Positions 19,131-29,674 of a stretch of DNA of 57,429 nt are shown here, piece after piece. The stretch is taken from the NCBI GenBank assembly GCA_964522525.1, contig CAZFWG010000014.1, positions 2,492-59,920 on the forward strand. Reading direction: 5' to 3'. This DNA comes from an uncultured Alphaproteobacteria bacterium. Lineage in GTDB: Bacteria > Pseudomonadota > Alphaproteobacteria > JAJFIK01. Numbering within the stretch: position 1 is the stretch's first letter; each line of letters opens with the position of its first letter. The notes beneath the pieces were generated by a model, which saw only the letters and a list, made by a program, of their open reading frames with translations, was not told the DNA's origin and ran no database searches. The position numbers were made by a program, and so were the translations under genes.

Positions 19131-20657
19131 TCACTCATAGTGACGCTTCACGAAAGCATCCAGGAGCCGCGCGCCAAAACCCGTCGCCCAGGCGGGCGCG
19201 GTGTCCTTGGGCTTCGGGATCCAGGCCGTGCCCGCAATGTCGAGATGGGCCCAGGGCGTACCGTTGGTGTGACGCCTGAGGAACTGGGCCGCAGTCACGG
19301 ATTGGGCCGCGCGCCCGGAACTGTTTTTCATATCCGCGAACTGACTGTCGATCATCCGGTCATAGGGCTCGCCCATGGGCAGACGCCACAGTGGCTCGCC
19401 GCTGGCGGCGCCCGCATCGAGCAGCTGATCGCCTAGGGCGTCATCATCCGTGAACAGACCGGCATAGTCATGGCCGAGCGCGGTGATGATGCCGCCGGTC
19501 AGGGTCGCCAGATCCACGATGACGCGCGGTTTGAAGCGGTCTTGGACGTACCAGAGCGCATCGGCGAGGACGATCCGTCCCTCCGCGTCCGTATTGACGA
19601 TCTCGACCGTCTGACCCGACAGGGAGGTCAGGATATCGGACGGCCGGATCGAATTGCCGTCCGGCATGTTCTCCACGAGCGCGACAACGCCGATCACATC
19701 GGCCTTGGCCTTCCGGCTCGCCAGGCTGTGCATGGCGCCGACAACGGCCGCCGCGCCGCCCATATCGCCCTTCATGTCTTCCATGCCCTGGGCCGGCTTG
19801 AGCGACAGTCCGCCGCTGTCGAAACAGACGCCCTTGCCCACAAAGGCCAGGGGATGGTTCTGCGCCTTTGCGCGCGAGCCCTTGCGGCCTTCGGGTTTGG
19901 GACCGGACGCGCCGAGCCAGCGCATGATCACGAGCTGGGATTCCTGGGCACTGCCCCGACCGACGCCCAGCAGGCCGTGCATGCCCAGTTTGGTCATTTC
20001 CTTTTCGCCGAGGACCTCGATATCGACACCGAGCGAGGACAGGGGCGCGCAGCGCTTGGCGAATTCCTTCGGCGTCAGGATGTTCGGCGGTTCGGAGACC
20101 AGATCCCGGGCCAGTTTGGTGCCTTCGGCCGCCGGCGCCATGACCTTGAAGAGATCCCGCGCCTTGGTGGCCACATCGCTCATCGCCGTGATCTTCGGTT
20201 CCGGGGCGCCGTTGTCCTTGTCACTCCGTGTCCGGTATTTATCGAAACGGTAGTTGCGCAAGGTCATGCCCATCACCAGATGGGCCACGAAGGCCGCCTC
20301 GTCGACGCGCGCGCCCTTGGGAAGGTCGGGCACCAGGGACACGGTCTTGGCATGGTGGGCGATCATATGGCCCATCAATTTGCCGCCCACGCTCTCCGCC
20401 GCCGGGGCATCCAGCGTCTCGGCCACGCCGAGCCCGATCAGAATGATGCGCGCCGGCGCCGGCGCCGGCGGCTCGATGAGTTCGAGGATCTGCCCCCGCG
20501 CGCCCTTGAACCTCTTCGTCGCCATCGCCCGCTTGAGGGCGCCGTCCATGGCCTTGTCCAGCTCCGCCGCCGGGCCGCGCAAGGGCGCGCCTTCGGCCAA
20601 CGCGAACACAAGGGCGCCGGATTTCGGCAGTGTGTATTTGGAAAAACGAACAGTCAT
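19131..20657 (-). CDS. pepA: Leucyl aminopeptidase
   Basis: VGKG.CFDSGG.SLKP, MKGDMGGAA, NTDAEGR, DLATLTG, WAHLDIAG. Confidence 0.96.
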   Translation of the reverse strand: MTVRFSKYTLPKSGALVFALAEGAPLRGPAAELDKAMDGALKRAMATKRFKGARGQILELIEPPAPAPARIILIGLGVAETLDAPAAESVGGKLMGHMIAHHAKTVSLVPDLPKGARVDEAAFVAHLVMGMTLRNYRFDKYRTRSDKDNGAPEPKITAMSDVATKARDLFKVMAPAAEGTKLARDLVSEPPNILTPKEFAKRCAPLSSLGVDIEVLGEKEMTKLGMHGLLGVGRGSAQESQLVIMRWLGASGPKPEGRKGSRAKAQNHPLAFVGKGVCFDSGGLSLKPAQGMEDMKGDMGGAAAVVGAMHSLASRKAKADVIGVVALVENMPDGNSIRPSDILTSLSGQTVEIVNTDAEGRIVLADALWYVQDRFKPRVIVDLATLTGGIITALGHDYAGLFTDDDALGDQLLDAGAASGEPLWRLPMGEPYDRMIDSQFADMKNSSGRAAQSVTAAQFLRRHTNGTPWAHLDIAGTAWIPKPKDTAPAWATGFGARLLDAFVKRHYE

Positions 20658-21013
20658 GGTAATGCCCCAGTGTCGTGGTGGACAGGCGAATGCAGCAGAC
20701 TCGTCTGCGCCAAGCGGTGAAAATCTCGGAAATCCTGGCCTGTCCGGTTATCGCGGGCGCCCTTGGCCGGAAATAGGGATCCGATACGGCTCTAACCTGC
20801 CGACAATTGCCGATTCGCATCGAAGGACGTGGACTTCAGGTGAGAAGCATCGAATTTATGCGCTTTCCGCGAGCCATGGCAAGCCATGGAGAAATCCCGC
20901 CAGCCGCGACAGCGCCATTGTTTTCCATCAAGGCTCATGGTTTGTGGAGAGTTCGAAAGAATTGGAGTCCGCGGCCGGGCAAAGCCTGGGCGGGTGGTGA
21001 TCGATAGAGCCGC

Positions 21014-22180
21014 ATGAGCATCATTTTCCAGTACATTTTTCGCCAGATGGCGCTGCCCTTTCTGTTCTTCACGGGGCTGCTGACGATGATGATCTGGCTG
21101 ACCCAGTCCCTGCGGACGCTCGATCTGATTCTCAATGGCGGCCAGTCGCTCGGGACATTCTTCTATCTCGTGATCCTGCTGCTGCCGAGCATGCTCACGG
21201 TCATCCTGCCGATCTCGCTGTTTTGCGGGGTCCTCTACGGTCTCCATCGCCTCTATACGGACAGCGAAACCGTTGTTCTGTGGTCGGCGGGGATGGGCCG
21301 GGCGACCATGCTCGCCCCCATTCTGGCCGTGGCGGTGCTCGTCACCCTGGCCAATTTCGCCATGTCCCTGTGGCTCATGCCGCTGGGCTACCGCAACATG
21401 AAGGAACGGATCTACGAGATCCGCAGCGACCTGGCCGCAAGTTTTGTCCGTGAGGGTCAATTCACCAGTAAAATTGCGGGCCTGACGGTCTATATCGCGT
21501 CGGCCCCGACGCGGGGAGACCTGAAGGGAATCATGGTCCATGACTCCCGGCGGCCGGGACGCCCACGGACCTATTTGGCCGAACGGGGCATCTTTCTCAA
21601 AACGCCGGAGGGTCCGCGCCTGGTGATGCACCGGGGCGAGGTCCAGGAAGTCGCTAACAACGAAGGTCAGCTCCAGATCCTCAAATTCGACCGCACGATC
21701 CTCGATCTGGGCCAGTTCGAAAGCGGTGCCACGACCCAGATCTCCCGCGATCTGAGCGAGCGTTATCTGGGAGAACTCTTCAATCCACCGGACAGGGACG
21801 CGATGTCGGACCTGCAGCGGCGCAGACTTCTGGCCGAAGGCCACAGCCGTCTCGCCACGCCGCTCTACAGCATCAGTTTTGCCATGATTGCGTTCATTGC
21901 GATCCTGTGCGGAACATTCACGCGGCGCGGCTATTTCGCCCGCATCGTCTTCGCCATGGTTGCGATCATCACGGTCCGCGTTCTGGGCTTTGCCTCCCAG
22001 AGTTTTGCCTCGCTCAATCCGGCGCTCAATGCCACGCAATACGCGGTGCCCCTTCTGGCGGCTTTGATCGCGGCCCTGATCATCGCGCGCGTGCCGCCCT
22101 TCCATCGCCCGCTCAACCTCGACCTTACGGGGGTGCTGCGCCATGTCCTGCCCGCCCGTCAGCAAGCCAGGGGAGCCTAG
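21014..22180 (+). CDS. lptF: LPS export permease LptF
   Basis: YjgP/Q pattern (IWLTQSL, DSE.V...AG); divergent from pepA, upstream of lptG. Confidence 0.88.
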   Translation: MSIIFQYIFRQMALPFLFFTGLLTMMIWLTQSLRTLDLILNGGQSLGTFFYLVILLLPSMLTVILPISLFCGVLYGLHRLYTDSETVVLWSAGMGRATMLAPILAVAVLVTLANFAMSLWLMPLGYRNMKERIYEIRSDLAASFVREGQFTSKIAGLTVYIASAPTRGDLKGIMVHDSRRPGRPRTYLAERGIFLKTPEGPRLVMHRGEVQEVANNEGQLQILKFDRTILDLGQFESGATTQISRDLSERYLGELFNPPDRDAMSDLQRRRLLAEGHSRLATPLYSISFAMIAFIAILCGTFTRRGYFARIVFAMVAIITVRVLGFASQSFASLNPALNATQYAVPLLAALIAALIIARVPPFHRPLNLDLTGVLRHVLPARQQARGA

Positions 22181-22186
22181 GACCCG

Positions 22187-23296
22187 GTGCCCGGTATCTC
22201 GTTCACATTGATGCGTTACTTCGGGTGGCAGTTCCTGCTCGGGATCGGACTGGTCGCGGCCGTCGTCACCGGGATCATCTTCATGATCGATTCCGTCGAG
22301 ATGCTGCGTCATCACGGCTCGAAAGAGAAAGTCGGGGCGATCACGTCCCTGGGCCTCAGTCTTCTCAAGCTTCCCAATCTGTTCGAGAAGGCCTTTCCCT
22401 TCACCTTTCTGTTCGGCGCCATATGGACCTTCTCGAAACTCACCCGCTCCAACGAGCTGGTGGTGGCGCGGGCCAGCGGGGTCTCCGTGTGGCAGTTTCT
22501 GGCGCCCGCCCTCGTGATATCGGGGGTGATCGGTCTTGTGGTCATTCTGGTCTTCAACACCGCGTCCGCCACCATGTATGCGCGCTTCAAGGTCATTGAA
22601 CGCACGCTCTTGCGAGGCGAACACAGCACCCTCAACATCAGCCGCAACGGCCTGTGGCTGAGGGAATCACGGCGGGGCAATCACCGGGTGGTCCACGCCG
22701 TGGATGTTCTGGACGCGGAACGGGAAGAAGACCTCAAGCTCGCCGGCATCATCATCCTGGAATTTGAAGGCAGCGAACGTTTCGCCCGGCGCATCGACGC
22801 CAAGGAGGCGGTTCTCCACGACGCGGCCTGGCAATTGGACGAGGCCTGGGTGATGGCGTCGGGGGGCAAGCCCGTGTTCCATGAGCATCTCGTGCTACCG
22901 ACGACCTTGAGCCCCAAACGCATCCAGGAGAGCTTCGCGTCACCGGAGACCCTGACGATTTGGGAGCTGAGCGATTTCATCGCGACCGCCCGCGCCGCCG
23001 GATTTTCCGTGAACCGACATCGTTTCCATTGGCACAGCCTCGTCTCGACACCCTTCTTCCTTGCCGCTATGGTCTTTGTCGCCGCGACCTTTTCCCTGCG
23101 CATGAGCCGAATGGGGGGCGTTGTTCAGATCATCGTTGCAGGGGTGCTGTCCGCATTTGTGTTGTTCTTCATTTCCGACGTGGCCGGTGCTTTGGGGCAA
23201 TCCGGCGTGCTGCCACCCGTCCTTGCGGCCTGGGCCCCCACCATCGTGAGCGCGCTTGCCGGAATCACACTCCTGTTCCATCTGGAGGACGGTTGA
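22187..23296 (+). CDS. lptG: LPS export permease LptG
   Basis: ELVVARASGVSVWQF, GLWLRE, LAAWAP, LFHLEDG C-terminus. Confidence 0.9.
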   Translation: MPGISFTLMRYFGWQFLLGIGLVAAVVTGIIFMIDSVEMLRHHGSKEKVGAITSLGLSLLKLPNLFEKAFPFTFLFGAIWTFSKLTRSNELVVARASGVSVWQFLAPALVISGVIGLVVILVFNTASATMYARFKVIERTLLRGEHSTLNISRNGLWLRESRRGNHRVVHAVDVLDAEREEDLKLAGIIILEFEGSERFARRIDAKEAVLHDAAWQLDEAWVMASGGKPVFHEHLVLPTTLSPKRIQESFASPETLTIWELSDFIATARAAGFSVNRHRFHWHSLVSTPFFLAAMVFVAATFSLRMSRMGGVVQIIVAGVLSAFVLFFISDVAGALGQSGVLPPVLAAWAPTIVSALAGITLLFHLEDG

Positions 23297-25602
23297 TGCC
23301 TCACGATGCGGGCGCTGCAACGCCGCCATGGCTGTGCCCATGGCGCCTCTTGGCCGTTCTGACGGCCCTGTTCGCGGCTTGCCTCCTCGCCCAACCCGCA
23401 TTCAGTCAGGACGACGATGAGGCCGCCGGCGCCGATGAGCAGGCCAATGTCTCCATGGAAGAGATCGTGGGCGAGCCGGACGATCCGATCCTTCTCCAGG
23501 CAGACACGCTCACCTATGATGGGGAGAGCCGGACCTGGTCCGCCGTCGGCTCCGTGGAGGCAAGCCGGAATGGCCGGGTGCTGACGGCCGATCGGGTCAC
23601 CTATGACGAAGCGACCGGCAAGGTCATCGCCTCGGGCAATGTGCAACTGACCGATCCCAGCGGACCCACCGCCTTCGCCGAGCGCATCGAGGTCGAGGGC
23701 GATTTCAAGGCCGGCATCATTACCGGGCTGCGCCTCGTTTTCTCCGAGGATGCGCGCCTCGCTTCCGCCCGCGCCGTGCGCGAGGAGGACGGCGTCACCA
23801 TTCTGGAAAAAGCGGTCTACAGCCCCTGCCGGGTGTGCCAGGACGGGGGCAAGCCGTTCTGGCAGTTCAAGGCCAGCCGGATCATTCATGACGAAAAACG
23901 CCGTACCGTGAGTTATCGCAACGCCCGCTTCGAGATCTATGGCGTGCCGATCGCGTTCATCCCCTATTTCCGGCACCCGGATCCCACGGTGAAGCGCAAA
24001 TCCGGTTTCCTTGTGCCGACAATCGGCAACTCCAACGAATTGGGCACCCAGGCTGAAATTCCTTATTTCGTCAATCTCCGCCCCAATATGGATCTGACGC
24101 TGTCGCCTCTGGTGACGTCGGTTGAAGGCCTTGTCGCCAAAGGGGAATTCCGCCATCGGACCCGGCGTGGCGCCTACACCGTGTCAGGCAGCATCGCCAA
24201 CGCCCAGGTTTTCGACGATGTGACCGGGGCGCCGGAGGGGCGCTCCATCCGGGGCCACCTTTTCGGCGACGGCAAGTTCCAGCTCAACAATACGGATCAA
24301 TGGGGCTACCGGCTCCAACTGACCTCCGATGACACCTATCTGCGCCGCTTCAACATCACAGAACAGGATCGTCTGACCACCAATCTCTTTTTCAACCGCT
24401 TCAAGGCCGATGGCGGGCGCACCACCTATGACGGCTTTTTCTTCGACGGCCTGCGCCTTGAGGACGACGACGCGACGACGCCGATCGTGCCGGCCCTGGT
24501 GGAGCACCGGTCGGTCTTCGAGGATCCGTTTCTGGGCGGCAAGGTCTTTGTGGATCTGAACGCCCTCTCGATCATCCGGACCGAAAATTTCGACGATGAT
24601 CTGGCTACGAATGGTGTCGACACCCAGCGCGGCTCCCTGACCGCCACCTGGGAACGCAGTACCGTGTCGCGGTTGGGGGATGTTTTGACCCTGACGGCCC
24701 AAGGCCGGGCAGATGTCTATCACACCACCGACAACGAGACCATTGTGGGGTCCGTCGACGTCCCCGATGACGAGGGCAATCTGGTGCCCACCCCTCTTCT
24801 GGAGGATGAGGCGATCACCGAGACCCGCCTTGTCGCCTTGGCGGCGGCGGATTGGCGCTGGCCCTTCGTCAAGGGCAGCGGCGACAAGCGCCATGTCATC
24901 GAACCCATCGTGCAACTGGTCTACAGTCCCTTGGGCGGCAATCCCGACGGCATCCCCAACGAGGACAGCGTCAGTTTCGAGTTCGACGAGACCAATCTTT
25001 TCGCTTTCAACAAATTCACTGGCCTCGATGTCTGGGAAAGCGGCCCCCGGGCCAATCTGGGCGTACGCTACGCAACCTATGGCCGAAACTTCTCCGCAAG
25101 CGTCCTTCTTGGTCAATCCTTGCGCCTGGACGCCCAGGAAGAGTTCGTTGAAGGCAGCGGCCTTGAGGACGAGATCTCCGACTATGTGGGCCGGGTCAAT
25201 TTTCAGGCCGGCAATTTCATCGATGTCACCCATCGCTTCCGGATCGACCGGGATGAGCTGACCTTCGAGCGCAACGAAGTCGACCTGTCCGTCCGCACCC
25301 GTCCGATCGATCTGCAAGTCAGTTATCTGACCATCGAGGAACAGCCGGAACTTCTGCTCGAGGAACGGGCGGAAATCCGGCTCGAGGGCGGTGCCCGTCT
25401 TGCCGAGAACTGGTTTGCCCGGGGCGGCGCCCGGCGCGACCTGGAGGGCGGCGAGATGATCAGCAATTTCGCAGGCCTGATCTATCGCAATGAATGCACC
25501 GAAATCGAGGGGATCTATCAACAGACCTTTACGGAAGACCGGGATGTGGAACCGGAAACGGCGATCCTGTTCCGCTTCAAGTTGCGCAGTGCGGGGTCCT
25601 AA
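23296..25602 (+). CDS. lptD: LPS-assembly protein LptD
   Basis: L.AD.L.YD, YSPC..C, HPDPTVKRKSGFL.P, SDDTYLRRF, PNEDS..FEFD.TNLF..N.F.G.D..E.G; TGATG overlap with lptG. Confidence 0.93.
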   Translation: MPHDAGAATPPWLCPWRLLAVLTALFAACLLAQPAFSQDDDEAAGADEQANVSMEEIVGEPDDPILLQADTLTYDGESRTWSAVGSVEASRNGRVLTADRVTYDEATGKVIASGNVQLTDPSGPTAFAERIEVEGDFKAGIITGLRLVFSEDARLASARAVREEDGVTILEKAVYSPCRVCQDGGKPFWQFKASRIIHDEKRRTVSYRNARFEIYGVPIAFIPYFRHPDPTVKRKSGFLVPTIGNSNELGTQAEIPYFVNLRPNMDLTLSPLVTSVEGLVAKGEFRHRTRRGAYTVSGSIANAQVFDDVTGAPEGRSIRGHLFGDGKFQLNNTDQWGYRLQLTSDDTYLRRFNITEQDRLTTNLFFNRFKADGGRTTYDGFFFDGLRLEDDDATTPIVPALVEHRSVFEDPFLGGKVFVDLNALSIIRTENFDDDLATNGVDTQRGSLTATWERSTVSRLGDVLTLTAQGRADVYHTTDNETIVGSVDVPDDEGNLVPTPLLEDEAITETRLVALAAADWRWPFVKGSGDKRHVIEPIVQLVYSPLGGNPDGIPNEDSVSFEFDETNLFAFNKFTGLDVWESGPRANLGVRYATYGRNFSASVLLGQSLRLDAQEEFVEGSGLEDEISDYVGRVNFQAGNFIDVTHRFRIDRDELTFERNEVDLSVRTRPIDLQVSYLTIEEQPELLLEERAEIRLEGGARLAENWFARGGARRDLEGGEMISNFAGLIYRNECTEIEGIYQQTFTEDRDVEPETAILFRFKLRSAGS

Positions 25603-25826
25603 TGGTGATTGAGTTGCGGCTGGAAGACGGGAAAGCGGGCGGGGTTCACCTTAAACGGGTTGACGGCCAGACCCTGTGGTTGATCGCCCTCCCGGTTCCG
25701 TTATCTTTCATCTTTGGAAAACGGTAATGTTTGGTGCCGAGGTTGGTCCGTGGGCTCGGTGACCCATTCACGGATCCAAGACTTGGTTTGCGGGAGCTTG
25801 GTTTGCGGGGGCGCGGAGTAGACGGC

Positions 25827-27116
25827 ATGGTCCGATTTCAACATTCCCATCATGTGCTTTTTGGGGTGCGGGCAGGCATCGTTTTACTGGCGTTTGTCAT
25901 GGCGTGGCTGCCGGCGCGTGCCCAGGATGTTCAGCGCATCGCGGCCCTGGTCAACGACCAAGTCATATCCGCCTATGATCTGGAACAGCGGGTGCGCCTC
26001 GTGGTGGCCACATCAGGCCTGAACCCCACGCCGGAAGCCCTGGAGCGGGTCCGCGAACAGGTCCTGCGCACCCTTGTCGACGAGGAATTACAGCTCCAGG
26101 AAGCGGCCGAAGCGGAGCTTGCCGTTTCGGATCAGGAAGTTAACCAGGCGATCACGCGCCTCGCCGCGCGCAACAATCTCAGCCGCGAGCAGATCATCGG
26201 GATCCTCAGCCAAAGCGGCGTCGACGAAAACACCCTCCGGCGCCAGATCAGCGCCAGCATCGCCTGGGACACCCTGACCCAGGGGCGCTTCGGCTCGCGG
26301 ATCAATGTGGGTGAGGATGAAGTCGACGAAATGCTTGAGCAATTGGCCGCCAGCTCGGACAAACCCCAATACCGCCTCCTCGAACTCTTCATGGGTGTGG
26401 GTTCACCGGAAGAAGACGAATCCGTGCGCCGCGCGGCCTTGCGCTTTGTCGATCAGCTGCGCCAGGGGGAGGCGAATTTCGCCGATCTCGCCCGACAGTT
26501 CAGCCAGTCCCCTTCGGCGGGCGCCGGCGGCGATGTGGGCTGGGTCACGGCCGAGGAATTGCCGACGGAACTTGCCGAAACCCTGGCCGATATGCGCCCG
26601 GGCACCCTGTCGCCACCCATCCGGACCATTGGCGGTTACTACATCATCGTTTTGCGGGACCGCCGGATCGGCCATGGCGCCCGGCCGGACCAGATCAAAA
26701 TGCGAGTCAAGCAGCTCGTGGTTCCGGCCTTCGAGAGTTTTCCGGGCCCCATCATTCAGCAGGCGGCCCAGGCCGCGACCGGCATTTCGACCCGCCGCAT
26801 CCCGTGCGAGGAACTCGACAAGATCGGCGCCGAAGCCAAGGATCTGCGGTATGCGGATCTTGGCAATCGATTGGCCAGCGATTTCACGCCGCAGTTCCAA
26901 CAGGCCTTGTCAGGCCTGACCGCCGGGGATTCCACACAGCCTGTGCGCAGTGAGGTCGGCTTTCACATTCTGTTCGTGTGCAGCCATGAGATCATGGGAT
27001 CCCTGCTGCCGCCCCGGGACGCCATCGAGGACCGGCTGTTCCAGCAGCAAATGTCCATGGTCCAGCGCCGCTTCCTCAGGGACCTGCGCCGGGACGCGAC
27101 CGTCGAAATCCGGTAG
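25827..27116 (+). CDS. surA: SurA-like peptidyl-prolyl isomerase/chaperone
   Basis: IAALVND.VIS.YDL.QR, F..LARQFS..PSA..GGD.GW, LRDLRRDA.VE.R. Confidence 0.88.
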   Translation: MVRFQHSHHVLFGVRAGIVLLAFVMAWLPARAQDVQRIAALVNDQVISAYDLEQRVRLVVATSGLNPTPEALERVREQVLRTLVDEELQLQEAAEAELAVSDQEVNQAITRLAARNNLSREQIIGILSQSGVDENTLRRQISASIAWDTLTQGRFGSRINVGEDEVDEMLEQLAASSDKPQYRLLELFMGVGSPEEDESVRRAALRFVDQLRQGEANFADLARQFSQSPSAGAGGDVGWVTAEELPTELAETLADMRPGTLSPPIRTIGGYYIIVLRDRRIGHGARPDQIKMRVKQLVVPAFESFPGPIIQQAAQAATGISTRRIPCEELDKIGAEAKDLRYADLGNRLASDFTPQFQQALSGLTAGDSTQPVRSEVGFHILFVCSHEIMGSLLPPRDAIEDRLFQQQMSMVQRRFLRDLRRDATVEIR

Positions 27117-27121
27117 AGGCC

Positions 27122-28198
27122 ATGGGCGCTCAAGCGCCGATCGTGGATCCCGCACCGGTCCTCCTGACCCAGGGGGATCCGGCGGGCATCGGCCCCGAAA
27201 TCACCTTGAAAGCGTGGCAGCGCCTCCATGCGGAAGGCCCCGCCTTTGCCGTCATCGGCAGCCCGCGGCTCTATGATTTCACGGCCCGTCACCTGGGCCT
27301 CGATGTTCCTGTTACGGAGATTCAGGCGCCCCACGAGGCCGTCGAGGTTTTCCCCCATGCCCTTCCGGTCCTGCCCCTTTCCGTCGATGTTCCAGAGCCC
27401 TTAGTGCCGGGCCGGGCCGAGAGAACCCATGCCCCGGGTGTCACGAGCGCCATTCGTCAAGGCGTCCGGCTGGTCATGGAAGACCCTCCTGCCGCCCTTG
27501 CCCTTGTGACGAACCCGATCAACAAGGCCGCTCTCTATGAAGCCGGTTTCGAGTTTCCGGGCCATACGGAGTTTCTGGCGGCCCTGGCCTCGGAAACAAG
27601 GGGCAAGGGTGGGAACCCTGTTCCCCATCCAGTGATGATGTTGGCCTCGCCTTTGCTCCGGGTTGTTCCCTTGACCATCCATGTGCCCGTGTCGAAAGTG
27701 CCGGGCCTGATCACGGAGGAGCTGATCGTCCGTACGGCGCGCATCGTGGCGCAAGCCCTACAGCGGGATTTCGGCCTCGCCGCGCCGCGGCTCGCGGTGA
27801 GCGGTCTCAACCCCCATGCCGGGGAACAGGGAACCCTGGGCCGAGAAGATCAGGACGTCATTGGCCCCGCCATTCAATCCCTGAAGCAGGAGGGCCTCCA
27901 GGTGACCGGCCCCCATTCGGCCGATACGCTGTTCCATGAGGCCGCCCGCCGACACTACGACGCGGCCTTGTGCATGTATCACGACCAGGCCCTGATCCCG
28001 ATCAAGACCCTGGATTTCGACCGGGGGGTTAATGTCACGCTGGGGCTGCCCTTTGTCCGGACTTCCCCCGATCATGGCACGGCCTATGACATTGCCGGAC
28101 AAGGTGTGGCGCGTCCGGATAATCTCATGGCGGCCCTGCGGCTGGCCCAGGAGATGGGCTGGCGCCGGGGCGCCGCAACGCCGGCAACGCGGCCATGA
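27122..28198 (+). CDS. pdxA: 4-hydroxythreonine-4-phosphate dehydrogenase
   Basis: GDPAGIGPEI, FPGHTEFL, GLNPHAGE, MYHDQALIP.K, RTSPDHGTA.DIAG. Confidence 0.96.
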   Translation: MGAQAPIVDPAPVLLTQGDPAGIGPEITLKAWQRLHAEGPAFAVIGSPRLYDFTARHLGLDVPVTEIQAPHEAVEVFPHALPVLPLSVDVPEPLVPGRAERTHAPGVTSAIRQGVRLVMEDPPAALALVTNPINKAALYEAGFEFPGHTEFLAALASETRGKGGNPVPHPVMMLASPLLRVVPLTIHVPVSKVPGLITEELIVRTARIVAQALQRDFGLAAPRLAVSGLNPHAGEQGTLGREDQDVIGPAIQSLKQEGLQVTGPHSADTLFHEAARRHYDAALCMYHDQALIPIKTLDFDRGVNVTLGLPFVRTSPDHGTAYDIAGQGVARPDNLMAALRLAQEMGWRRGAATPATRP

Positions 28199-29085
28199 GC
28201 GCCCTCGACGCCCTGCCCCCCTTGCGGGACGTGATGGCGAGGCATGGCCTCACCCCGCGCAAGAGTTTCGGTCAGCACTTCCTGTTCGATCTCAATCTCA
28301 CGCGCCGGATTGCCCGGGCGGCGGGCCCCCTGGAAGGCCGGATTGTTGTCGAAGTGGGTCCGGGGCCCGGCGGCCTGACCCGTGCCCTTCTGACGGAAGG
28401 CGCCTCCCATGTGCTGGCGATCGAACGGGACGCCCGGTGCCTGGAGATCCTGGGGGAAATCGGCCACGCCGTGCCGGACCGCTTGCGGGTGGTCGAAGCC
28501 GATGCCCTGAGCGTCCACGAGCCCGACCTGATCCCGCCCGCCTGGGCTGGAATGCCGGTCAAGGTCGTGGCCAATCTGCCCTATAATGTGGGAACGGCGC
28601 TGGTCGTCCGTTGGCTGACCGGTGCGGCCTGGCCGCCCTGGTATGAAAGCCTGACCTTGATGCTGCAAAAGGAAGTGGTGGACCGGCTCGTCGCCATGCC
28701 GGGCACCAAGGCCTATGGCCGCCTGTCGGTGCTCGCCCAATGGCGCAGCCGTGCGAGTTCCCTGTTCGAGGTCAGCGCCTCGGCCTTCGTCCCTCCGCCG
28801 AAAGTGGCCTCGGCCATCGTGTCGCTCACGCCGACGGATCCCGTCATGGATTGTCCGCCCCCGGCCCTTGAACGGGTGACGGCGGCCGCCTTCGGTCAAC
28901 GGCGCAAAATGCTCCGGGGCAGTCTGAAAAGCCTGGTGCCCGAGCCTGAACCCCTGATCGAGGCGGCCGGATTGCCGCCAACGGCGCGCGCGGAAGAAAT
29001 CGACGTGGCCGGCTTCTGCCGCCTGGCCCTGGCCTTGGCACGAATCATCCGGACTACGCCTGAAGCGCCCGCGAGCCACCTTTAG
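28195..29085 (+). CDS. rsmA: 16S rRNA adenine dimethyltransferase
   Basis: K.FGQ.FL.DLN, EVGPGPGGLT, ANLPYNV, QKEV, F.PPPKV.S, QRRKML. Confidence 0.96.
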   Translation: MSALDALPPLRDVMARHGLTPRKSFGQHFLFDLNLTRRIARAAGPLEGRIVVEVGPGPGGLTRALLTEGASHVLAIERDARCLEILGEIGHAVPDRLRVVEADALSVHEPDLIPPAWAGMPVKVVANLPYNVGTALVVRWLTGAAWPPWYESLTLMLQKEVVDRLVAMPGTKAYGRLSVLAQWRSRASSLFEVSASAFVPPPKVASAIVSLTPTDPVMDCPPPALERVTAAAFGQRRKMLRGSLKSLVPEPEPLIEAAGLPPTARAEEIDVAGFCRLALALARIIRTTPEAPASHL

Positions 29086-29473
29086 TTGTGAGCTAAGCCC
29101 TGCCTTGTGAAGCAGAACACGTTGAGCTTGTTTCCGTCCAGATCGCGGAAATAGCCGGCATAGAAATTCGGAAAATCCCGAGGTCCCGCCGGACCTTCAC
29201 AGGGGCGCCCAGCTCGATCGCTTTCTTGTAGACCCGGTCGACCTGCTCGGGGCCACTGGCGGCAAGGGCAACCATCACCCCATTGCCAATGGTGGCCTCC
29301 TGGCCGTTATAGGGCTTGGTAACGGACAGCATGGCGCCCCCTTCCTCGGTTCCCCAGACAATGAAATTGTCGTCGCCGAATGTCCGTTTGGCGCCGAATT
29401 CGCTCAGGAGGGCGTCGTAAAAGGCCGCGGATTTCGCGAGGTCGTTCGTGCCGAACATGACATAGCCGATCAT
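29082..29473 (-). pseudogene. VOC family protein with a frameshift near 29202-29205
   Basis: N-terminus MIGYV..GTNDL.K...FYDALL; the conserved tail CEGPAGPR...FYAGYFRDLDGNKLNVFC is in another frame after a C4 run. Confidence 0.8.
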
Positions 29474-29547
29474 GGCGTTTTCCTTTCCTGCAGGCTTCTG
29501 TCTGGCTTGACTTCAGGATGGGCATCCATTCAATGCGGGCGGGGCTG

Positions 29548-29578
29548 GTGATCAAGGCAAAAATTTGATCACGCTCAA
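29548..29578. promoter_or_regulatory. Inverted repeat GTGATCAA-N9-TTGATCAC overlapping an FNR/FixK-like box TTGAT-CACG-CTCAA
   Basis: Read directly; box at 29565-29578 has one mismatch to TTGAT-N4-ATCAA. Confidence 0.5.
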
Positions 29579-29660
29579 TGTTGAGTTCTTCTTTGTGCGC
29601 CAAAACCCGGACATGAAATCCTGTCCTTCGGGGACGGGACCAATGGTCATTCGGAAGGAT

Positions 29661-29674
29661 TTGATCATGATCAA
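29661..29674. promoter_or_regulatory. Perfect FNR/FixK-type box TTGAT-CATG-ATCAA overlapping a start codon
   Basis: Exact match to the TTGAT-N4-ATCAA consensus, centred on ATG 29667. Confidence 0.5.
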
